Positions 56,959 through 64,000 of a DNA stretch of 64,000 bases are shown here, piece by piece (position 1 is the first letter of the stretch; each line of letters begins with the position of its first letter). The notes beneath the pieces are model-generated. The model did not search any database. It was not told the DNA's origin and worked only from the letters and a program-made list of their open reading frames with translations. Position numbers and translations under genes: made by a program. Where the stretch lies: assembly GCA_035502015.1 (NCBI GenBank), contig DATJVA010000001.1, positions 676-64,675 on the forward strand, given 5' to 3'. This DNA comes from Thermoplasmata archaeon. GTDB lineage: Archaea; Thermoplasmatota; Thermoplasmata; Lutacidiplasmatales; UBA184.

Positions 56959-57846
56959 TTAGAGAACCCACGCCGGGCCGAGCGGAACGAATACGGCCAA
57001 CGCAACTCCCGCAAGATAGAACAGGCTCATCGCGAAGTGGCGCTCGAACGGGACCCTCGCCGCGGTCGGGTTCTTCGCGAGGTCCCGGTCGGTGACCACG
57101 ATGAGCAGGCCGATCGCGACGATCGCCACGAAGTAGGCGGTCGTCAGGTGGAGCGCGAGCCCGAACGCCACGAAGAGCGCGAGCGCGGTCGCGTGGAGGG
57201 CGGGGACGAGGCGCACGGAAGCGGGAACGCCCCAGCGGACCGGGACGGAGAACAGTCCGAGCGCGCGGTCGCTCTCGACGTCGCCCAGGCTGTGGATCGT
57301 CTCGAAGGCGGTGCCCCACGCGAGCAGGGCCGCGACGGCGATCAACACCTCGAGCGGCAAGCTCCCCGTGACCGCGATGTAGACGGCCGCCGGGGTGATC
57401 GCCTGGACGAGGCCGAGGAAGGCGGTCGTGAACGTGGTGACGCGTTTCGTGTAGCTGTAGCCGAGGACGATCACGAGCGCGACCGGGGCGAGCACGAAGG
57501 CTAGCGGGTTCAGCAGGTACGCCGCCACGACCAGGAGCGCGGAATTCGCCGCGCAGAACACAAGAGCGAAGGCGGGCGAGTACCGGCCGGTGACGAGGGC
57601 CCGCTGCTGGGTCCGCGGGTTCGCCGCGTCGAGCCGGCGGTCCGCCCATCGGTTGAACGAGTGGCCGGCGTTCCGCGCGGCCACGAACGCGACCACGACC
57701 CACAGGAGCGTCCAGCCGCTGGGGCGACCGTTCGAGGCGAGGAGGAGGAAGGCGAGCGCGAAGGAGAGGTTGAGGCCGAGGGTCTGGATCTCCAGGAAGC
57801 GGCCGAGGCTCTTCGCCGCCCCCTCCGTCGGTGCGGGCGCCGTCAT
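56959..57846 (-). CDS. ubiA: UbiA-family prenyltransferase (MqnP-like)
   Basis: FNRWADRRLDAANPRT..R; YSYTKR.T; D...D...G..S.P; multiple TMs. Confidence 0.9.
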   Translation of the reverse strand: MTAPAPTEGAAKSLGRFLEIQTLGLNLSFALAFLLLASNGRPSGWTLLWVVVAFVAARNAGHSFNRWADRRLDAANPRTQQRALVTGRYSPAFALVFCAANSALLVVAAYLLNPLAFVLAPVALVIVLGYSYTKRVTTFTTAFLGLVQAITPAAVYIAVTGSLPLEVLIAVAALLAWGTAFETIHSLGDVESDRALGLFSVPVRWGVPASVRLVPALHATALALFVAFGLALHLTTAYFVAIVAIGLLIVVTDRDLAKNPTAARVPFERHFAMSLFYLAGVALAVFVPLGPAWVL

Positions 57847-59327
57847 CACGGCTTCGACCGGCCGAGGAGCCGGGCGAGGACCGGGTCGTCTCGAAGAACG
57901 CGTTCCGCCGTGGCGGCGGCGGTCGGGTCCGAGCGGATCTCCTCGGGCCAGGGTCGGGGAAAGCCGTCCTCCGGTCGCTTGCGCGTCGCGTCGATGCCGA
58001 CCTTTGCCCCAAGGTTCGGCACGGGATTCGAGATCGAGAGCTGGTCGACCGGGCCGCGCGAGAGCTCGAAGTCCGTGCCGGGGTCGGCCTGCAGCCCCAC
58101 ACGATAGAGGACCTCGGAGAGGTCGTGGACGTCCACGTCGTCGTCGACGACGATGAGGTACCGGACGAACATCATCTGGCCTAGGCCCCAGAGGGCGTGC
58201 ATCACCTTCCGGGGGTGGTCGGGGTACGCCTTCCGGATGGAGACGATCCCGACGTTGATGAACAGCCCCTCCATCGGGAGGTTCATGTCGACGACCTCGG
58301 GGAGGACCATCCGGATCACGGGTCGGAAGACCCGCTCCACGGCCTTGCCGAGGACCGCGTCCTCGGTGGGTGGTTTCCCGGTGACCGTGGTCAGATAGAC
58401 CGGCCGGCTCCGATGGGTGATGCGGGTCACGTGGAAGACCGGGAACGGCTCCGGGGCCGAGTAGTATCCCGTGTGGTCCCCGAACGGCCCCTCCACGGTC
58501 CGCTCGACCGGGTCGACGTATCCCTCGAGAACGACCTCGGCGTTCGCCGGTACTTCGAGGTCGACCGACCGCGCCGGCACGAGCTCGACCGATTCGCCCC
58601 GCAGAAAGCCGGCGAAGACGAAGTTGGAGATCCCTTCGGGCACGGGAGCAAGGCCCGAGAACAACGTCGCGGGGTCGGTGCCGATCACCGCGGCGACGGG
58701 CATCCGTTCTCCCCGCGCGGCCCACTTGCGGTAGTTGTTCGCCCCGACGCGGTGCACCTGGAAGTGCATCCCGAGCGTGTCGGGCCCGTACTGCTGGAGG
58801 CGGTAGATGCCGGTGTGGGACTCGCCGGTCTCCGGGTCCTTGGTGATGACGACCGGGAAGGTGACGGTCCGGCCACCGTCCTTCGGCCAGCATTTCAGGA
58901 TCGGGAGCCGGCCCAGGTCGACCGAGCTCTCCTCGACCTCCTGGCAAGGAGCTGAACGGACCCTCTTCGGGGCGAGCGAGCGGAGCGTCGAGAGAGCGTC
59001 GATGGTACCGGAGAGGTCCCGAACGGCTCCGAGGATCCCGGCGGGCGGACGCAGGTGCACGAGGCGCTCGACGCGGTCGGCCACCTCCTCGACCGAGCGG
59101 GCGTCGAGGGCCGCCGCGATGCGTCGCGTCGACCCGAGGAGGTTCGTGACGACCGGCATGGTTGCTCCCGGAACGTTCTCGAAGAGGAGAGCCGGACCGT
59201 CCGCGCGAAGGACCCGTTGCGTGACCTCGGTGACCTCGAGGTCTCTCGAGACCGGCGTCTTGACCCGCACGAGGTCGCCCTGCGCTTCGAGCGACGAGAG
59301 GAACTCCCCGAGGGACCGGAACGTCAC
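57846..59327 (-). CDS. ubiD: UbiD-family decarboxylase (menaquinone biosynthesis, MqnL-like)
   Basis: PALLFENV, LPILKCWPKDGG, EGPFGDHTGYY, GKPPTED, IVVDDDVD, KVGIDAT; GTG at 59327. Confidence 0.93.
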   Translation of the reverse strand: MTFRSLGEFLSSLEAQGDLVRVKTPVSRDLEVTEVTQRVLRADGPALLFENVPGATMPVVTNLLGSTRRIAAALDARSVEEVADRVERLVHLRPPAGILGAVRDLSGTIDALSTLRSLAPKRVRSAPCQEVEESSVDLGRLPILKCWPKDGGRTVTFPVVITKDPETGESHTGIYRLQQYGPDTLGMHFQVHRVGANNYRKWAARGERMPVAAVIGTDPATLFSGLAPVPEGISNFVFAGFLRGESVELVPARSVDLEVPANAEVVLEGYVDPVERTVEGPFGDHTGYYSAPEPFPVFHVTRITHRSRPVYLTTVTGKPPTEDAVLGKAVERVFRPVIRMVLPEVVDMNLPMEGLFINVGIVSIRKAYPDHPRKVMHALWGLGQMMFVRYLIVVDDDVDVHDLSEVLYRVGLQADPGTDFELSRGPVDQLSISNPVPNLGAKVGIDATRKRPEDGFPRPWPEEIRSDPTAAATAERVLRDDPVLARLLGRSKP

Positions 59328-59407
59328 GAACGCCGTCGAACCGCCCAACTTATTAAACGAGGGGGAGGGGGTCAAGGTTCATATCGGAACCTCCGGTCGG
59401 CCCGTCG

Positions 59408-60142
59408 ATGCAGACCGTCACCCTCGAGGTCCGGACGGAGGACCTCGCCCTCCTCGGCTTGATCCCGGAAGGGTTGTTCGAGAAGTACGAGGAGGTCGAG
59501 CTCCTCGAGACGCTCCGTCTGGAGCAGGGGTGGCGCCTCCAGCTCCTGCGGGTTCGCCGGCGCGGGCCGCTGCGGACCGCCTCCGAACTCGAGCGCGAGT
59601 CCCGACGGATCCGGTCGGTCTACGGCCTCGAGAGCTTCGAGCTCGTCGAACGGCGTCCCCGCACCCACGACTACATCCTCCTCGTCCGGCAGCGCAACCC
59701 CGAACGCCTCCGCCGGCTCCTCTCGCTCGCGGGAGGCGAGATCTCCCCGACCGCCCCGTTCCGGCTCACGGCCGAGAAGGTCATCGCCACGTTCCATGGC
59801 CAGGAGCGAGCGCTTCGGCGCGTGCTGAAGCGTCTCGACCGCGAGGAGTTCCCATACCGCGTGGTCCGGGCGTCGGGGCGGCCGTACGTCCCCGACGAAG
59901 GGGCGACGCCGCTCACGCCGCTCCAGTCGCGGCTGCTCGCGCGGGCGTGGGTGATGGGCTACTATGCGGTACCGAGACGGATCACGCTGACCCGGCTCGC
60001 TCAGCAGACCGGTCGCAGCGCTCCGGCGCTCGGAAAAGTGCTACGTCGGGCCGAGGGTCGCATCGTGGCCCGATGGCTCGCGACCGAAGGTACGGTTCCC
60101 GAGAGCGACCCGGCCGAGCCGACGGCCGCGCGGGAATCGTAA
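59408..60142 (+). CDS. Bacterio-opsin-activator-type HTH (HTH_10) regulator
   Basis: LTPLQ..LL..AW.MGYY.VPRRITL..LA...G.S..AL...LRRAE. Confidence 0.85.
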   Translation: MQTVTLEVRTEDLALLGLIPEGLFEKYEEVELLETLRLEQGWRLQLLRVRRRGPLRTASELERESRRIRSVYGLESFELVERRPRTHDYILLVRQRNPERLRRLLSLAGGEISPTAPFRLTAEKVIATFHGQERALRRVLKRLDREEFPYRVVRASGRPYVPDEGATPLTPLQSRLLARAWVMGYYAVPRRITLTRLAQQTGRSAPALGKVLRRAEGRIVARWLATEGTVPESDPAEPTAARES

Positions 60143-60167
60143 AGAGACCGGCGAGCTCCCGACCTCC

Positions 60168-60611
60168 GTGCCACGCCGGGCGCGGACCGTACGGGTAGAG
60201 CGGGTCCCCGGGGCCAGCGAGGTTCCCCTTCCCGCGCGAGCGACCCGGGGCTCCGCGTGCTTCGACCTCGCGAGCGCGGAAGCGGTCGACCTCGAGCACG
60301 GCCGAGTCACGCTCGTGCGGACGGGGCTCAAGATGCGCTGCCCCCGCGGGACGTTCCTCGAGGTTCGTCCTCGCAGCGGCCTCAGCAGCCGAGGGGTCCT
60401 CATGGTGAACGCGCCGGGAACGATTGACTCCGACTACTCCGGCGAGGTCCGGGTCCCGATGACGTTCCTTTTCGAGGGGCGGTATCGCATCGAGGTGGGG
60501 GACCGGATCGGACAGGTGCGTCTCGTCTCGGACGAACCGGCCGTCTTCCGCCCCGGTCGGGTGGACACCGTGCGCTCCCGGGCCGGCGGCTTCGGCAGCA
60601 CGGGTCGCTAA
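60168..60611 (+). CDS. dut: dUTP diphosphatase
   Basis: GSACFDL, RPRSGL, NAPGTIDSDYSGE, GDRIGQ, RAGGFGSTG. Confidence 0.95.
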   Translation: MPRRARTVRVERVPGASEVPLPARATRGSACFDLASAEAVDLEHGRVTLVRTGLKMRCPRGTFLEVRPRSGLSSRGVLMVNAPGTIDSDYSGEVRVPMTFLFEGRYRIEVGDRIGQVRLVSDEPAVFRPGRVDTVRSRAGGFGSTGR

Positions 60612-62212
60612 GGGAACTCCGACAGGATCCTCTGCCTGCGCTTCGGCTCGGGAGGCGGAGGGGGCCGACCCTTCACCACCTCATCCTGGATCTCCTCGAG
60701 CATCTCGTGCATCCGACGTTCCCGCGAGAAGGCGGAGCGGTTGAGCCCGACGTCCCGGGTCCCTTCCGCAACGAGCACGACGGCGCGCCCGGTCCGGGCC
60801 CGGCCGGTCCGCCCGCGGCGTTGGATCGTACGGATCACGTCCGGGACCGGCTCGTAGAAGACGACGAGGTCGGTCGCGGGAATGTCGAGCCCTTCCTCGG
60901 CGACCGAGGTGGCGACGAGACAATTGACCGTACCCGCGCGGAACTGGTCGAGGATCGCGACCTGGTCGCGTTGCGAGATCCCGAGGTCCGTTCCCCGGCT
61001 CGCTTGGCCCACGAACCGGGCCGCCCGGACCTCGGGGTCCCCTAGCCGCTGCGCTTCCGCGACGATCCGGTCGACGGTCTCACGGTACTGGGCGAAGACG
61101 ATCACTCTCGCCCGGGGGTTGCGGTGAAGTTCCCCGCTGAGGACCTCCATCGTCTTCGCGAGCTTCGGTAGCTCCACCTTCAGGGTCGGGAGCCGACGCA
61201 CCACCTCCTCAACGTCCGGGTCCTGGAAGAACGCCCGAAGCGACGGGGTCCAACGCTTCCCTTCGCCGGGTCGCTGACGGCGGAGATAGTCGCGAAGGGA
61301 GTCGACCCCTTGCGTCTCGACCAGGAGGAGGGCATGGAGGCCCTTCATCGCGGCGGCCTGCGCGGTCACCGCTTTCCACAGAGGTCCCGACGCCGTGCCC
61401 GACCGGGCCTGCTCCGCCTCGATCTGGTGATGCACGCGGCTGCGTACCTCGAGGAGCACGCGGCGGGTCGCCTCGCCCGGCGGCAGCAGGTCCAGGCTCC
61501 GGAGGACGTCCACCTGACGCTGGACCGCGGCGCGAAGTAGGACCGCAAGGTGGCGTACTTCCGGGGGTACGGGCACCTCGACGGTCTCGACACCGACCCC
61601 ATGGATGTACGGGGCGACGTCCGGACTCGTTTCGGTCCGATATTCGAACCGCTCGATCCCGAGGTTCGCCCACACCTCCCGGATCCGTCGACGACTACCA
61701 CCGGGGGACGCCGTCATGGCGAGCACCCGGGCCTTGGGCCCCTCACGGTTGGCCTTCGCGATCGCGACGTACGGGTAATCCCCGACCGCCCGGTGCGCCT
61801 CGTCAAAGACGATCAGGGAGAACGTGTCGAGCGGGAACTGCCGCGCCTCGAGGTCGTTTCCGATGACCTGCGGGGTCGCCACGACGACCTGCGGAGGGTG
61901 CAGGAGGGCGGCGCGCCGATCGGGTGGGATCGCGCCCGTGAACGTGAGCGGATCCGGAGCGAGGAGAGTGCGCGCGACCTCCCGAGCATGCTGGACGACC
62001 AGCGGTCGGGTCGGTGCCAGGAACAGCACCGACTGCGTGGGCGCGCGGCGAAGGTACTCCGCGGCCACCCGGAGCGCGACCGGGGTCTTGCCGAGGCCGG
62101 TCGGAAGGACGACCAGGGTGTTGTGCTCGGCAGCGGTCTCCGCGATGCTGGCCTGGTAGAGCCGCTCCTCGAGAGTGCCCGGACGGACCCGAGGATGCTC
62201 TACGGAGGTCAT
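60608..62212 (-). CDS. hef: Hef/FANCM-like SF2 helicase (no fused nuclease)
   Basis: ERLYQ, LPTGLGKT, DEAHRA.G.Y.Y, MTASPG, ATSVAEEGLDIP, IQRRGRTGR; C-terminal QRILSEF. Confidence 0.92.
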   Translation of the reverse strand: MTSVEHPRVRPGTLEERLYQASIAETAAEHNTLVVLPTGLGKTPVALRVAAEYLRRAPTQSVLFLAPTRPLVVQHAREVARTLLAPDPLTFTGAIPPDRRAALLHPPQVVVATPQVIGNDLEARQFPLDTFSLIVFDEAHRAVGDYPYVAIAKANREGPKARVLAMTASPGGSRRRIREVWANLGIERFEYRTETSPDVAPYIHGVGVETVEVPVPPEVRHLAVLLRAAVQRQVDVLRSLDLLPPGEATRRVLLEVRSRVHHQIEAEQARSGTASGPLWKAVTAQAAAMKGLHALLLVETQGVDSLRDYLRRQRPGEGKRWTPSLRAFFQDPDVEEVVRRLPTLKVELPKLAKTMEVLSGELHRNPRARVIVFAQYRETVDRIVAEAQRLGDPEVRAARFVGQASRGTDLGISQRDQVAILDQFRAGTVNCLVATSVAEEGLDIPATDLVVFYEPVPDVIRTIQRRGRTGRARTGRAVVLVAEGTRDVGLNRSAFSRERRMHEMLEEIQDEVVKGRPPPPPEPKRRQRILSEFP

Positions 62213-62271
62213 CGGCCGCGCTCGGCCCGTGCAGCGGCCACGGCTTTAATAGGGGACGTCTGCGGCGAGCG

Positions 62272-63414
62272 ATGGTCCCCCTCTGGGTCGAACTCGTGCT
62301 CCTCGCAATTTCCGTGGGGGTGCTCCTCTACCAGGGATTCGCGCTCCTCTTGGCAGCCCAGATGCCCCGCCTCGACCCTTCCCCCCCGACCACGGTTCGG
62401 GATGCGCTTCCGACCGTCAGCGTGATCATCGCGGCTAGGAACGAGGAACAGGACCTGCCGGCGACGCTCGACGACCTCCTCGTCCAGGACTACCCGGGCC
62501 TCGAGATCATCGTGGTGGAGGACGGCTCCACGGACCGCACGGGAGCCGTGATCGACGCCCGCGCGCCGGCCGTGCGTCGGGTCGACCCTCCCCCGCTCCC
62601 CGACGGATGGGTCGGAAAGAGCTGGGCCTGCTGGAACGGCGCCCGGGCGGCGACCGGCGAATGGTTCCTCTTCATGGACGCGGACGTGAGGACCCACCCG
62701 ACCGCGGTGCGCACCACGATGGAGTGGGCGCTCCGGGAGCACGCGGACCTCACAACGATCGCTCCCCAGGTCGAGATGAGGACGTTCTGGGAGCGACTCG
62801 TCCTGCCGTTCTACATCCAGGTGGTGCTGACGTACTTCCGGACTCCGCACGTCAACCGCCCCGGCTCGAAGACCGCGATGGCGAACGGACAGTACTGGCT
62901 CACGCCCCGAACGACCTACGAGGCGATGGGCGGTCACGAGGCGATCCGGTCGATCGTCCTCGAGGACGTCGCGATCGCCCGTCGCTACCGGGCGGCGGGG
63001 CGAGCGATCCGCGTGGCATGGGCCCCCCGCCTCGCTGAGACCCGGATGTACCGGAACCGCAAGGAGATGTTCGAGGGACTCCTCAAGAACATCCACGGTA
63101 CCGAGTTCTCGGCCGCGCGACTCGTCGGGTCGATCGCGGGCCTCATCGGACTGTTCCTGCTGCCCCTTGGGCTGCTACCGCTCGGGCTGCTGACCGGCTC
63201 GCTCGCGCTCACGGTGATGGGCGGGATCCTGTACTTTGCGTTGTTCGGTAAGCACGTGGTCTTCGCGCGCGCGGTCGGGTCCCGGGCGGTGTACGGGCTT
63301 CTCTTCCCCATCGCGGTCGCCTACTACGTCGTGCTGGTCGCCACCTCGCTCGGTCGCGGCCTCCGGGGAAAGCCGGTCGCGTGGAAGGGTCGCGCGTACC
63401 CGATGCACCCGTAG
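62272..63414 (+). CDS. Membrane GT2 glycosyltransferase (CrtQ/HpnB-like lipid glycosyltransferase)
   Basis: IIAARNEE, EDGSTD.T, GWVGKSWAC, FMDADV, ANGQ, VLEDV; TM helices at both ends; TTTAATA about 25 nt upstream. Confidence 0.88.
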   Translation: MVPLWVELVLLAISVGVLLYQGFALLLAAQMPRLDPSPPTTVRDALPTVSVIIAARNEEQDLPATLDDLLVQDYPGLEIIVVEDGSTDRTGAVIDARAPAVRRVDPPPLPDGWVGKSWACWNGARAATGEWFLFMDADVRTHPTAVRTTMEWALREHADLTTIAPQVEMRTFWERLVLPFYIQVVLTYFRTPHVNRPGSKTAMANGQYWLTPRTTYEAMGGHEAIRSIVLEDVAIARRYRAAGRAIRVAWAPRLAETRMYRNRKEMFEGLLKNIHGTEFSAARLVGSIAGLIGLFLLPLGLLPLGLLTGSLALTVMGGILYFALFGKHVVFARAVGSRAVYGLLFPIAVAYYVVLVATSLGRGLRGKPVAWKGRAYPMHP

Positions 63415-63465
63415 CGCGGCGCCCCGAACCTCTAAGAGGTCCTCCGGCCGTGGCGGCGCGCTGCC

Positions 63466-64000
63466 ATGGCCGCTCGCATCGACTCGAGGTTCGAGCTCGT
63501 CATCGAAGGTCACGAGGTCCCGGGTACTCGGGGGGAACACCGTCCGGTCGTCGACCCGGCGACCAACCTCCCGTTCGCCGAGGTGGCGGTGGCCACCCGG
63601 GACGACGCACGCCACGCGATGGAGGTCGCCGACCGCGCTTTCCGCGAGTCGAACTGGGCGGCGGACGATGGCGCGCGTCGAGGGAAGGCGCTCTACCGAC
63701 TCGCCGCATTGCTCGACGGGCAGTCGGAAGAGTTCGCCCGCCTCGAGACGCTGAACGTCGGCAAGCCGCTGCGCGAGTCGCGCGTCGACATCGGCTACGT
63801 GGTCCGCACGCTCGAGTACTTCGCGGGCGCCGCCGACAAGCTCGAGGGCGAGACGATCGCCGTCCCCGGCCCCCGGTTCGACTACACGCTGCGCGAGCCG
63901 CTCGGCGTGACGGTCCACATCGCCCCCTGGAACTACCCGCTGCTCCTCGCCATACGCGCGGTCGCCCCCGCGCTCGCCGCGGGGAACGCTGTCGTGCTCA
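63466..64000 (+). CDS. Aldehyde dehydrogenase (3'-truncated by window edge)
   Basis: Manual translation: VVDPAT...LETLNVGKP...EYFAGAADK..GE...REPLGV..HIAPWNYPL...APALAAGNAVVL. Confidence 0.93.
   Translation, partial: MAARIDSRFELVIEGHEVPGTRGEHRPVVDPATNLPFAEVAVATRDDARHAMEVADRAFRESNWAADDGARRGKALYRLAALLDGQSEEFARLETLNVGKPLRESRVDIGYVVRTLEYFAGAADKLEGETIAVPGPRFDYTLREPLGVTVHIAPWNYPLLLAIRAVAPALAAGNAVVL

Noticed and set aside
1..64000. Many long overlapping ORFs in the track (e.g. 3755-5869 +, 24034-26637 +, 33153-34916 +, 54505-56370 +)
   Set aside because: Antisense or alternate-frame shadows of real genes, expected in high-GC DNA; Arg/Pro/Gly-rich and without motifs
1..64000. CRISPR array, rRNA, transposase or integrase
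   Set aside because: No regularly spaced repeats and no recognisable motifs seen by eye

Overview
GC-rich archaeal chromosomal segment, most likely from a member of Thermoplasmata. This is inferred from the A/V-type ATP synthase with an F-A-B-D-H-I block, archaeal ribosomal proteins, Sm, ArcS and Hef, together with a bacterial-type GyrA and a single-OB SSB. Mostly housekeeping genes: A-type ATPase (atpA carries a 458-aa LAGLIDADG intein), rpl37e-Sm, folP, rps15-RecJ-like-gyrA, trpS, ssb, carAB, tRNA-Val(TAC), arcS, ubiD/ubiA, dut, hef, and a partial ALDH. Notable items: (1) a polyphosphate module of CHAD, ppx, two tandem thymidylate-kinase-like genes (probable heteromeric polyP kinase), sixA and phoU, with two candidate operators; (2) a 43-aa membrane peptide, missing from the ORF track, inside the ATP synthase operon; (3) an arcS reading frame whose stop codon is nucleotides 13-15 of tRNA-Val, ending on G15, the archaeosine site; (4) an inactive RecA-like / small protein / PolB2 cassette resembling a mutasome; (5) a degenerate copy of the tRNA 3' end that brackets a methyltransferase, next to a roughly 7-kb accessory region. 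No CRISPR, rRNA, integrase or transposase was seen. All calls come from motif recognition by eye; no database searches were run.
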